63,275 bases of DNA, filler included, from Octopus bimaculoides (GCF_001194135.2; 5 parts of 3 records of this genome joined end to end with filler, not necessarily neighbours in it), one strand, 5' to 3'. Counted from the whole stretch's first letter, positions 27,700 through 40,620 are shown. Notes: generated by a model from the letters alone, not told the origin. Translations and numbers: made by a program.

Positions 27700-28480
27700 A
27701 TTCTGATTATTCCAGAAGATGTCACAATCTTCAGGAAGGATCAGAATTCCGTCAGCATTTGTGAGATAATAGCGCCATGCTTGTAATTTTCAAACATTTA
27801 ACTGCTTGTTGTTTCCTTTAGGCTACTTGTATATTACTTTTAGGTCCCGCTGCAAGCTTGCAACATCGTGTGAGATGTTTATTAGCTGTGTTAATAGTAT
27901 ATCATCAGCGTAGCTAGTAACAGTGTGTGTGAGTGACCTTGGGCATGCCTAAGGGAGAAATTATAAATAGTAATGGCTCCGAGACAGTTTCCTGGAACAC
28001 CATTCAGAATTTCGGGTTCCCTCAGACAAGTGGTTATTGACGGTAACTGCTTGATTTTTATCTCCTTTTGGAAGTCATGTAGCCACTCATCCATTTTAAA
28101 CACTATGCCAAGGCTTCGGATCTTGTGACACATCATGTCATGATCTACCCTAACAAAAGCCTTTTCCAAAGTCAAGACATCATATTGACAACGAAACAGT
28201 CACGCAGCTGTTACAAGACCCAGTCAGAGATTTGTTAGGGTTGTGTGTAGCGGCTTCCTCCCAGACAGAAGTTATGCTGTGTATCGCTCAGTAATTCATT
28301 GTATTCTAGGAACATTATCAGTTTCTTTCTGATGAGTCATTCCATGACTTTACTGACATGGGATGTCAGAGATATTGCCCTCTAGTTATTAGCCTCTGCT
28401 TTGCTTCCACCTTTGTTGATAAGACATTTAATGACTTCTTAAACCTGTTTAGGAACTTTACCTGTCGCAAGGAAACCCTG
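27700..28480 (-). mobile_element. CR1/L2-type LINE, reverse transcriptase fragment
   Basis: Minus-strand KAFVRVDHDMMCHKIRSLGIVFKMDEWLHDF, a decayed GVPQG box, YADD at 27901-27912, then DVASLQRDLKVIY. Frameshifted. Confidence 0.88.
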
Positions 28481-28720
28481 GAATGTGTCTGAAGTGCTTT
28501 CGATAAATACTGCTTACCTGACTTCAGAACACTTGCTGAGCTTAAGCATATTTAATCTATGTCTGCTATACCGTCTACGGCTATAGATTTATGACCGCAG
28601 CTATGCGACTTCTTGAGAACGCTTGCGATCACTTACTGTGCTTAATATGTGCCTTTTTAGTGTCGATGTAAACGATTGTTCATGCATTGATCTAGAGAGC
28701 TGCAATGTTAGAGAATTTAC

Positions 28721-28762
<42 letters not shown>

Positions 28763-28829
28763 GTGTGTGTGTGTGTGAGTGTGTGTGTGTGTGTGTATAA
28801 CACCCTCACATCACACCACACATCACTTC

Positions 28830-29310
28830 ACAACACACAACACGCACACACTACAACTGACCAACTCCTTTCTCCCCTCCCCATTTTTTCACACATACAT
28901 ACGTCAGGATCACCAGCATTCTCTCACACACACAGCTCCTCGTATTTGGGTCACCGTTTCTTTCTTCCCCTTTTTGTTATTTCCCCTTTTCTTAGCTCTC
29001 CTGCGTCAACTTTCTGTCCGCAGAAGCCATGATTAATCACTGACCAAACCATTCAATTTTTTTTCTCCGTGTTTTTCTCCTTGTTTTCTCCGTATTTTTT
29101 CTGTTGAAGAGCGTAGCTCGAAACGTTAAAGACTTTCTGCATTCCCGAGCATGAAATCTAGTTTATCGTTTCTTTTTTTCTGATATTACAATGGTATACT
29201 TTAAAAATGTTTCTGCTTCATCCATAAAGACTTTCTGCATTCCCGAGCATTAAACTAATACATCCTTTTGCTGTTTACACCACCTGTCCTCGTCTGTTGT
29301 TATTTTTTTC
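28830..29310 (+). mobile_element. Penelope-type terminal repeat region
   Basis: CT-rich segment ending in ...gaagagcgtagctcgaaacgttaaagac...taaactaatacatcc. The same family occurs at 5470-5615 (+) and 50560-50735 (-). Family assignment is from recall plus the hammerhead-like motif. Confidence 0.55.
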
Positions 29311-29343
29311 GTAAATTCCCCCATATACATACATATACATATT

Positions 29344-29502
29344 TGTGTGTGCGTGCGTGTGCGCATGTGTGCGTGTGCGCATGTGTGCGTGTGCGCGTAT
29401 GTGCGTGTGCGCATGTGTGCGTGTGCGCATGTGTGCGTGTGCGCATGTGTGCTTGTGCGCATGTGTGCGTGTGTGTGTGTGTGTATGCATATATGCATGT
29501 GT
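29344..29502. repeat. Alternating purine-pyrimidine minisatellite (16-bp unit gcgcatgtgtgcgtgt)
   Basis: Direct inspection. Confidence 0.9.
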
Positions 29503-32500
29503 CTACGTTTATCCAGACATATCTTTATATGCATGTAGGATTTAAGAAAGCCGTTGTATACGTTTTGCTTCATATCATCAAAATACTTTTAAGATTTAGC
29601 ATTTCCTTATATACATTATAGCAATCAAGAATATTCAGATTCGTAACACGTGAAGTAGTTCGGTGTTTGCAAATATAAAATCTAAAAAACTTAGAGAATC
29701 TCACTTTGTTACTTATGATTGTCGATATTTTTTGAAAGCGTATTATTTATATTTACATTCAGGTTACCTCCAAAATAGTTCCCTAATTGTAAAATATCAG
29801 CTTTTGGCGATGGAACATAGAATTATAATCCATGACAATGAGTCCACCTTTATTCTTTGTTTGGAAATCTAAATAAATACAAATTATATCCGTTCTTGAG
29901 TGGCGTGTATATTATTTTACCCCAACATTCATACACAATTTTGATAAGTGTCTGAATCCCTCATAATATATGTAATACAACAGACCGTTTCCCCCCACAC
30001 AATATATCTAATAGAACCTGGAAAGTACTATCAATATTATCTTACACACGATTTTCAAAGAAATATTCTCTCGGCATGAAATCTAGTTTATCGTTTCTTT
30101 TCTTCTGATATTACAATGGTATACTTTAAAAATGTTTCTGCTTCACCCATAAATTCTTGGAATATACCACTACTGTTTCCAAGATATTTCTCTAGCATCT
30201 ATGTGCAAAACAATTTGTTATCAGTATTTTATTTTATATTGATATATTTTTACTAATGATTAGTTTCGTATTTTCATAAAATATGATTGTATCATTGCTT
30301 ATCGTTTTCATAACTTTGATAGATTGAAGTCAGAGATACAACTGGAGTTACGTGAATGTAAAATAAAGCGGAATAAAATAAATATAGAGGTATATTTATG
30401 TATTCTGAAAACTCACTTATCTAATACAAAAATTGTAATGCTAAAGAACAATATTTACTATTTAGTCAGAAGGAGAAAGCATTGTGTTCATAGAATTTGA
30501 ATGCCCCAGAAGAACAGTAAGCTTAATTCTGATAATTTAATTTCAAGTCAATGTTAGACGTGAAGAGGTATCCAAAGGGCTAAAAATCTAGGAAGAATGA
30601 CAACTGCTGTTAGTGGGAGACGAGGACATGAAGCATGTGATGCGTCACGGAGGAATATTTTTCTTGACGATGTGACTAATTATCATGAATTAAAAATCCT
30701 TTCTACAGAGTTGGCAGCGTGCGTGAGAGAGAGAACGCAAGTGGCAATAAAGGCTTTTGGACTAGATATATAAGTTGATAGCGTGTTAGGGAGGAAGAGA
30801 AAGAAATTTTAATGAAGAGTTTCCGAATGTGGGCAATTTACGGCTGGATGAGAAAAGGAGAGGAAGTTTTTTTTCGTATGTGTACTGCTTAGTGAGCCAT
30901 TATGCACAACCTGTGCTCTATTGTTAGTTACAGGAAAATGCTGGAGGATTTTCTGGAAATTGGATGTACAGAAGAGTGAACATTTCAGCCGCAGAATATC
31001 TTCCAAGCTGTTTGATCCTCAAAGGTATATTTTGATTAATTTTTGTAATTAAGTTTCACATGATAGTACAATTCTGTCATCTGTGACAAATTTCTAATAA
31101 TTCACAAAATAAATCATGTTACTTAAATTTTCTACAGCTTACATAGAGGAAGAACATAAACGTAATTCAGTAATAGGCTATATAAACATGCATGAAACTT
31201 AATAAAGTCCACTAGAAGTTGTAACGCAAGAAAATTATAGCTGAAACACATTTTATGACGGATTGTTCAGGAAGATGCAGCGTTTTTAATATTTTATTGA
31301 TATATTAAGATATCTATTGATAAATGACGCAATCAACTTTTGTAACGACATAAAGTTCCCTGGATTTATTACAAGATCAGATATAAAATATAGGCTGAAT
31401 TTGTTGTATTCTTAGAGGTAGGAATTTGCAGAATCATATATCTTTCTTAAAGTCCAAATACATTAATACTCCTTAACATTATACTCCTGAGACTATACAT
31501 TCATGTTGCACATATATTTTCTTGGTTAATAATAGCATGTTTAATATAGCATGGCAGAAACATCGACAAACCTTTGTATATTGTTATATGCTAAAATTCT
31601 ATCGTAAACGGGAAGACATTTAGAAATTAATGCAAAAGAAAAATACGGACTTGTCAAATGCAAATAATACTTTGATACACCGAAAGTTCTTACGATTTAA
31701 TAAATTGCGTGACGTAGAAATCAAGAAGTGTAAATTATTCAGCAGGTTACTCTGCTAGGTGCAGTAATCATTTATTATAACCTTGTAACTTTTGGGGGTT
31801 TTTTTGTGCAAGGCTTACGCCCGAAATTTTGGCCATATTTTGTTAGTCACGCTGTAACATTATACTATTATTTTCATTTACTTCGATAGAGTTTAAATTA
31901 AATTAGCTTGTAATTGTTTACTCCATTTCGATATTCATTTAAAGGGCGTTTGATTTGCCGATCCGTTACAGGGACAAATAAAACGTTTACAGCATCTGCT
32001 CATGCTCATATAATTCTCACTTCAAATCCTATCAAAGTCAATTTTGCTTTTCACCATTACGTGTTCGATTATTAAGTACTTGATTCGGGCGTAATCAATT
32101 ATCATCTTCACCATAATTTCTTGTCATGTACACAAATGAAAAAACGATTCGTACATGCCAGCGTAACCATCGACAGCTTCCCCGTATATTTCTGTTTATT
32201 AAATACTATAATATATTGCTCTTCGAGATTTTTAGTAAAAGCAGCATCTTTTATAATCTGTTTAGGTTATTCCAATGTCGTGGAAATAACTCTAACATTA
32301 CTGAACAATTGATAACCTTTACAGCCAGCTTTAATAAATCCTAATAGATTGTAAATATAGACAAATCTAGAAGCATCCTCATCATATTCGCAAATGATAT
32401 ATGATATAAAGTCCATCGGAGGTCTTCTAATTAGCTTAAATAAATATTTGATTTCCAACCAATGAGAGATCTTAGGATCAGGCATAAAATTAAATTATGA

Positions 32501-33023
32501 GGTACAGTCGCATCACTATTTATGTCAATATATTTTCTGTTTTAGAAGAGAAAAAGAGAGGCAGTGATTTTTGCAGACTCTACAAGATTTTTGAAGATAA
32601 ATGGTTCAATTTTGCATTTCGGGTTCCAGAATTATCGGTTCCTTGAAAATAGCTGCATTTAGAATTTTTAATATATATTATATATTTAAATAGAACGAAA
32701 TTTGAATATTCCAGCATTATAAATTAATATCAATGTATTGATATATGAGCACTATTTGAACTATATTATATGTTAGTATACGGATTTGCATATATTTTTG
32801 CATATGCAAACGTATAGATATTAATATATGCGTCCATAATAAGCCAGCCACATTATATCTTAAAAGTATAAAAAGTAAGACAATAACAAACATAGGGATT
32901 GCCAAATCGTTGAGTTACAAAATTAAATATCCCGTTTTGAATTCAATGTTAAAATCATCCCATGTGACAGTGTGTCTCTCCCTCTACCAAACAAATAATT
33001 TGCTAATCTTAATAAAATGTAAT

Positions 33024-33317
33024 GGGGGCACATGACCTAGTGTTTATAGCAGCGGACTCGCGGTCGAGGGACCGCGGGTTCAATGCTCAGACGTACAATG
33101 TGTGCGTTTATGAGCGAAAAAATTAAGTTCCACGCGGTAATGGCGAATTTCTGCTGACACTTTCAACACAAGTGTCTCTCACTCATTTCTCCTGCATCTA
33201 AAAGATCACCTGTGGCGGACCGGCGTCTTGTCCAGATGGGGAACCTATGTGCCAATGAAACTGTAAAACCGGCCCTTATGAGCCAGGCATGGCTCGAGAA
33301 GATACAAACAACAACAA
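33024..33317 (+). mobile_element. tRNA-derived SINE (head A, tail Y)
   Basis: Head gggcacatgacctagtg...agcggactcgcggtcg...ggttcaat; the 3' part gcggaccggcgtcttgtccag...(caa)n differs from tail X. Confidence 0.75.
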
Positions 33318-34129
33318 TTAAATGTAACATTCACCAAGATATTCTGAAATATGCCTGAACGAGGAAACAATTGATGTATGTATGCAAGAAATAATCTACA
33401 TATTGTTATTCGGTTAATCCTAACCAAACAAAAACAAAAAAATTAGAATTTTCTTAAGAGTTTCTATGTCATTTAAATCACTGCACTAATTCAACATCTA
33501 CTATTTTAAAATTATTTCCATGAAAATCCTACACCACTGGAACATCATTGATATATTAAATCCACGAAATACACATAACGTTCAAGCATCTAATCTGCAA
33601 ATCACTAAAATCATTTAAAAGGTTAAATATTCAAGTATTAGGACATTTTCCATTTGAGGTCAGCGTGATCGTAACATCATTATGATGCTATTTTCTCAAC
33701 ATACTTAAGTCATTATTATGTAAGAATTTTACGAAATATATAACAGCAGCTCACAGAGAGCTGTTATCAGGTAAGTCGTAATGGGGAAATTACTATCAAT
33801 ATAATTTGTATGAAATATATGAAACAAATGTATGTTAACTCCAGGCACTAAAACGTTTTAAACTGAAAGAACAATTATGCGAATACCCAATATCTAGGAG
33901 AAGTCCTTAATGCACAATCAATATATTTTTGTGCGATGTAAACAAGATTACTGTGAGGCATCAAATGTATGTTTAGTTGAATAAATTCGGATTCTGCCAC
34001 CGGGATTTCCGTTTCTACGCAGGAAACTGTTAAAAGAGGATGTCACGTGCTTGATCTTTAAAATAAACTAATACAAAATGCACTAACGTACAGGATATAA
34101 ACTCGTGCACAAATATTTGTATACACATA

Positions 34130-34169
<40 letters not shown>

Positions 34170-34420
34170 NNNNNNNNNNNNNNNNNNNNNNNNNNNNNNN
34201 NNNNNNNNNNNNNNNNNNNNNNNNNNNNNNNNNNNNNNNNNNNNNNNNNNNNNNNNNNNNNNNNNNNNNNNNNNNNNNNNNNNNNNNNNNNNNNNNNNNN
34301 NNNNNNNNNNNNNNNNNNNNNNNNNNNNNNNNNNNNNNNNNNNNNNNNNNNNNNNNNNNNNNNNNNNNNNNNNNNNNNNNNNNNNNNNNNNNNNNNNNNN
34401 NNNNNNNNNNNNNNNNNNNN

Positions 34421-34470
<50 letters not shown>

Positions 34471-34858
34471 TCAGGATATTAAAAGGAGTTACATACAAAC
34501 TTCGGGAAGCAACTTTGCACATCATTTGGATTTTGCAATATTTGCATTCAATTAGTTTATTTTTGTTAAGTCTTTCTTTTCGGACGACGTTAATTTCCTA
34601 GAAGCGAATGCTTGACTAACATCCAGTACAATTGATTTCAATAAAAAAAAATTGCGATCATTTGTAAAATAATATAGCTATGCAACGTATTCATGAAAGA
34701 AACATAGATGCCAGTTGAAATGTCCGATATAATATAAAACCTAACAGACACTAGCTTTTAGTTGCTGAGTTTATGTTCGTATGTCATTTTACAAGAATAT
34801 TCTTTACATAGTTGAATATCGTTCAGCAACAAGCATGTATTGACACTTCATCAGGGAT

Positions 34859-34896
<38 letters not shown>

Positions 34897-35580
34897 AATA
34901 TGTGTATGTGCGTATACGCGTGTATGTGTGTGTGTGTGTTTCCGTGGATTACAGGTATGCTCACCGCCATAAATTTACTTTGAGGGAAAGTTTAAGAGAA
35001 GATAGTTTACCGAGAAAATATATCCATAGTATCTCAGCATTAATAGTTAACAACTACTGCATTGAGATACAGAACGGTGAATGGGTGCTGGCGGAGTTTC
35101 ATGTGGTGATTACATGACGGTGAACTTTACCTGCGCTGAATTGATGACAGAGAAATTTACCTGCGGTGAATTGATGAAGATGGACTTAACGTGCATGATG
35201 TATATATGTATTCGTGTAAGATTATTATAGGCAGAATAAACCCCAGATATTCTTGATTTCATGAGAAATATCTTCACTGCCAGATATAAGTTGTATAATA
35301 ACTTAGCGATAGTTGGGATTGAAATTAAATTGACGGAATTTGATGTGTAGTCACGTGGTACATATAATCCAAACATACATTGTGCCATACTGATCATGCC
35401 TAAGAATTACGTGTGAAAATCTCAGCGAAGTACTAGCTAGTTCATTGAGACGAGAAATTTCGAATTTCAAACAAATGAGTATTTCTCGTCGAAAGACAGA
35501 GGGATGAAACGACACACACAGGCACACACAGACACACACATACATACACACACGCATATATATATATATATATATATATA

Positions 35581-35680
35581 NNNNNNNNNNNNNNNNNNNN
35601 NNNNNNNNNNNNNNNNNNNNNNNNTTAATTAATTAANNNNNNNNNNNNNNNNNNNNNNNNNNNNNNNNNNNNNNNNNNNN
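35581..35680. other. Artificial scaffold join (44 N + TTAATTAATTAA + 44 N)
   Basis: Identical layout at four sites. Confidence 0.95.
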
Positions 35681-35720
<40 letters not shown>

Positions 35721-35756
35721 TGTATTACGTATACATATATATACTATATATGAGAG

Positions 35757-36054
35757 GAGCACTCCGTCAGTTATGACGACGAGGGTCCCAGCTGATACAA
35801 TCAACGGAACAGCTTGCTCATGAAATTAATGTTCAAGTGACTGAGCATTCCACAGACACGTGTACCCTTAACGCAGTTCTCAGGGAGATTCAGCGTGACA
35901 CAGAGTGTGACAAGGCTGGCCCTTTGAAATACATTTTTGCCAGCTGAGTGGAGTGGAGCAACGTGAAATAAAGTGTCTTGCTCAAGGACACAATGGGAAT
36001 TGAACTCACGGCCTTACGATCATGAGTCGAATGCAGTAACCACTAATCCATGCG
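35757..36054 (-). mobile_element. tRNA-derived SINE (head B, tail X)
   Basis: 35757-35930 matches the tail of the 16847 and 18085 copies; the head and central block (gtccttgagcaagacactttatttcacgttgctcca on minus) match the 815-997 copy. Confidence 0.8.
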
Positions 36055-36148
36055 ACTTCATACATAATATATATGTATTACATATACATATATATATAAT
36101 ATACGTATGTATTACATACACATATAATATATATGTGTATTACATATA

Positions 36149-36470
36149 CATCATCATCATCATCATCATCATCGTTTAACGTCCGCTTTCCATGCTAGCA
36201 TGAGTTGGACGATTTGACTGAGGACTGGTGAAACCGGATGGCAACACCAGGCTCCAATCTAATTTGGCAGAGTTTCTACAGCTGGATGCCCTTCCTAACG
36301 CCAACCACTCAGAGAGTGTAGTGGGTGCTTTTACGTGTCACCCGCACGAAAACGGCCACGCTCGAAATGGTGTCTTTTTTGTGCCACCCGCACAAGCCAG
36401 TCCAGGGGCACTGGCAACGATCTCGCTCGAAAATCCTACGGGAGCCAGTCAGGCGGTACTGGCAACGGCC
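36149..36470 (-). mobile_element. 5'-truncated RTE-type 3' end with (GAT)n tail and a 29-bp target-site duplication
   Basis: (CAT)n followed by cgtttaacgtccgctttccatgctagc. acatataatatatatgtgtattacatata occurs at both 36120-36148 and 36471-36499. Confidence 0.85.
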
Positions 36471-36589
36471 ACATATAATATATATGTGTATTACATATAT
36501 ATAATATATATATATATACAATATATATATATATATATATACAATATATATATATATATATATATACAATATATATATATATGTATTAC

Positions 36590-37183
36590 AAATTCTATTT
36601 TTGAATCATTTTGGAATCTATTTTGTTTTTTTCTAGTTAGTTTTTGCTTATTTTCAGATCATTAAAATGGAATGTCATGTTAAGAAAAACGAGCACTTTC
36701 GACACTTCCATCTTTTTGCTTTTCATCAAGGTTCTAAGGCCGCAAAAGCTGCTCGTGACATTTGTGCTATGTATGGAAAGGGTGCCATAGCTGAAAGAAC
36801 CGCTCGTGATTGATATGCCAAGTTCAAAAATGGAAATTTTAACCTCAAAAATGCACCTCGTTCTGGCCGTCCAGTTGAGTTTGTTGAAGAGCAATTAAAC
36901 CAACTTTTGTACAAAAATTCTCATCATACGACAAGGGAACTGGTAGAGAAAATGGAATGCTCTCACACTGCTATAGAGAAGCATCTTCACTTGCTGGGAA
37001 AGGTTTAGGAGTCTGGAGCATGCGTTCCGCATGCTTTAAGTGACAACAACAAAAATCAAAAAGCCACAATCTCCACTGGTTTGCTTGCACGTCACCACTC
37101 AACTCATGGACACAAGCAATGATTTCTTTACCAAATCGTTACTGGCAACAAAAAATGGTGCCTGTACATCAATATGAAGCAGC
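36590..37183 (+). mobile_element. Mariner transposon, 5' half, degenerate
   Basis: From ATG 36667: MECHVKKNEHFRHFHLFAFHQGSKAAKAARDICAMYGKGAIAERTARD*YAKFKNGNFNLKNAPRSGRPVEF...GACVPHALSDNNKNQ...LYQIVTGNKKWCLYINMK, with several in-frame stops. Confidence 0.88.
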
Positions 37184-37259
37184 TCATATGATCAACTCAT
37201 CATTGTAACGGACAGTGTGCCACATATAATATCATATATATACATACACATCCATATAT

Positions 37260-37577
37260 CATCATCATCATCATCGTTTAACGTCTGCTTTCCATGCGAG
37301 CATGGGTTGGACGATTTGACTGAGGACTGGCAAACTAGAAGGCTGCACCAGGCTCCAATCTGATCTGGCAGAGTTTCTACAGCTGCATGCCCTTCCTAAC
37401 GCCAACCACTTCGAGAGTATGGTGGGTGCTTTTACATGCCACCGGCATGAGGGCCAGTGACATGGTACTGGCAACAGCCACGCTCAAAATGGTGTTTTTT
37501 ACGTGCCACCTGCACGGGAGCCAATCCAGCGGCCCTGGCAATGACCCCGCTCGAATGATTTTCTAACGTGCCACCAG
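37260..37577 (-). mobile_element. RTE-type 3' end, second copy, with a 13-bp TSD
   Basis: Same family sequence; cacatccatatat at both 37247-37259 and 37578-37590. Confidence 0.8.
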
Positions 37578-37609
37578 CACATCCATATATATATACATAC
37601 ATACACATC

Positions 37610-37655
<46 letters not shown>

Positions 37656-38109
37656 CATACATACACATCCATATATATATATACATACATACACATCCAT
37701 ATATATATATATACACACACACACACATTATCATCATCATCATAATGTAATATGTCTTCCATGCTGGCAAGGGTTGTGTGTTTGTGCTTGAATATATCTT
37801 ATGGGTATGACTACTATGGTATGAATTAGAGCTCCATGTAAACTATCACTATCCAGTTAGCTTCCATTACATTGGTTAGTCTACCACTACTCAGTAGTGT
37901 TACTAGTTATGATGTAGAGAGCATCTGTAAAGGAAAATTAAGAAAAACACAAGTACAAATTATTAGTTCCTGCATGCATTTCACCATAGTTATCTGTATC
38001 TCACTTCCTTTACCTTAATTTTCATATACATATATACACACATGTACAGGCTCACAAGTTTTTGTATGCATATATTTACATCTATATAATGTGTGTATGT
38101 GTATGTGTG

Positions 38110-38153
<44 letters not shown>

Positions 38154-38444
38154 TGTGAAGTTCCAAAACATAGAATCGGAACATATATATGAAGATGCCT
38201 ACTACCAAACCTAAGGAAGACAGGTGTCTCATTAAGCAACATATAGAAAAGAGGGATTTCATACATAGCCATTGCACAGGAGTATTTAGCGACAAGGACA
38301 CCCATGAAATGGAATTCTTTTAATTACCTGGTAATCTCCCTAGAAGTAGTTAACAGCTTCTGATAGCTAGTTTAACTAATCAGCAGTAGCAGTAGGTGTT
38401 CCAAAAAGTCAGAGCGAGAAAAAAAAAATGATGCAAAAATGCAG

Positions 38445-38790
38445 AGAGCTATCAAAAGGACTCTCTTTTTGAGTGTATGATGTAATACTGCATGGTAGAC
38501 AAACAAAGGGATTAAATGTGAAGATGTATAAAGGATGGAAACAATAAAAAGCACATGCACCACTGGATATGTAAATGCTAGTGTGCATGAACAACGAAGC
38601 ACAAATGAGCTGAGAGAAAAACAGAGTATAAGAAGTATCAGATGTTTGTGCAAAAAAGGATTGTCCAGGTACAAACATGTGAAGCATCTGGAAGGTGGCA
38701 TTTAGATAAAAAAGTACCAAGCAATCCAACAGGAAGGAACTTGTGAAAGAACACACGGGAGCCTGTAACAAAGGCTGAACCTCACAAAAT
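38445..38790 (+). mobile_element. Heavily decayed RTE-type LINE ORF2 C-terminal fragment
   Basis: VHEQRSTNELREKQSIRSIR (38583-38642) within a decayed LHGSETW...MLRWMC...RLRWYGHV context. Confidence 0.6.
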
Positions 38791-39067
38791 AAATGTCAAG
38801 GAGCTACAAAATGGAACAACACAACCCATCTTAACCATGCTACTATAGAGAAATGGACATAAAATAATGATGTTATATAACAACATTATATATTTAAACT
38901 ATGTGTATTTTATATATCTAAATAAAAATATTACGTTTCAATATATGAAGTCAACTCTTTATACATAGTATATAATAGACAGATTATATAGTTTATGATT
39001 TATCCTCATCATAGAAATATTAATATTTCTAAGTCTCTCTAAAGGAGACTACGGCAGCGGTACTGGA

Positions 39068-39314
39068 TATTAATAGTTATCGCCAAGCCAACATGGCAGT
39101 CGAAAAATAGAACGAATGCTGTCATCGATTAGCTCCAAGAGGCCATCGCCTCTAGCAAGGGGAAGCGGCTGACCTCCCCTGTTCGAAGGTTATAATGGAC
39201 ACAGGTTCATGTGTCACATAGCTAGCTAGAGGCGATGGCCTCTTGGAGCTAATCAACAGCAGCATTCGTTCTATTTTTTGGACTGCCATGTTGGCTTGAC
39301 AATAACTATTAATA
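39068..39314. repeat. Foldback/MITE-like element with ~89-bp inverted arms and a 68-bp structured loop
   Basis: 39068-39156 is the reverse complement of 39225-39314 with a few substitutions; ends in TA dinucleotides. Confidence 0.9.
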
Positions 39315-39984
39315 GGATTTAATATACATATATCATATTTTCTATATCAAGTAAATTGATTTCTGTTCACTTCAACAACTAATCTTCTATACACTAGACA
39401 AACTGTCCTGGCTGAATATTTCACAGGTGTGTATCCTTAATGTGATACTCAAGCAGGATCAATATTAGATAACATGTGATTACAGGTAGATACAATCCAT
39501 CCAACAGACTTCAACACAGCTTTCATTAATGACACAGTTGTAATTACAGTCACACTTACCTACAGGTACACCTGTATGTACATATATATATTCAGACATC
39601 CTATATGATAAAAAACCATCATTTAATGCCCATGTTCCATGCAGGCACACACACATAAACACATTTATATATATACATGCTCATACACACACACACACAC
39701 ACATAAATACTTATACATATGCATACATACACACATATACATACATACATATATATATATATACACACACACATCTATACATATAACATATCTATACATA
39801 TACATGCATATATATATATTTGTTTCATACCCAAGTTTTCCCTGCTAGCTGGTTTAGACAAATGCATGTCACACTGACACAGAGAACACACTGGAATGGA
39901 TTACCAATATTTGATTTTCTTGCATGTATTTGATTTTTTTTTTTCTTGTATGTACATGCACACAAACACACGTAAACATTGTGG

Positions 39985-40620
39985 TCAGGAATGGCAACCC
40001 TGCAGAGGTCTGGAAACTGAGAGAATTCAACAATGTGCTCCTGGGACCTTGCAGTATAGTATACTATAAAAAAGCAATACATTGCTGGAGAGAGGTTTGT
40101 ATAACACCAGCACCCAAGAAAAGAGGGTGAAGTTTCATGAAGCACTATGATGGCATTATACTGACTGCAATTGCAGCTAAAAAGAATCGGACCCAAGCTT
40201 TAGAAAATTTTTTGCAAGAATCACAATGGCATTTGTCCAAATAGATCAATGATAGGACAAATACTAACAATCAAGCGATTCATTGAAGCTGTGAAGATGT
40301 ATCAGTAGCTCTCCATTTCTTAGCTTTCACAAAGGTCTTTGATTCGATCCATAGGGGAGGAAAAATGAGAGCTACTGCTAGCTTATGATATTCTTGGAGA
40401 AACTATGAATGCTTTAACAATGCTCTATAAGAGTACAGTTGCTAAAGTTCATTGTGTTGACAGAGACACTGACTTCTTTCAGGTCACTGCCAGAGTACTA
40501 CAAGGCAATACCCTCACATCAGCTCTTTTTATCATATGCCTTAATTATGTTCTAAGGAAAACACTGGACTCCAAAAAAAAAAAAATCACCTAGGTTTCAT
40601 TCTTTCACAGTAAAGAATAG
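39985..40620 (+). mobile_element. RTE-clade LINE, reverse transcriptase fragment
   Basis: PAEVWKLREFNNVLL...WREVCITPAPKK, a decayed KAFDSIH (aaggtctttgattcgatccat), and TDFFQVTARVLQGNTLTSALFIICLNYVLRK (QGD-PLSP box equivalent). Confidence 0.8.
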
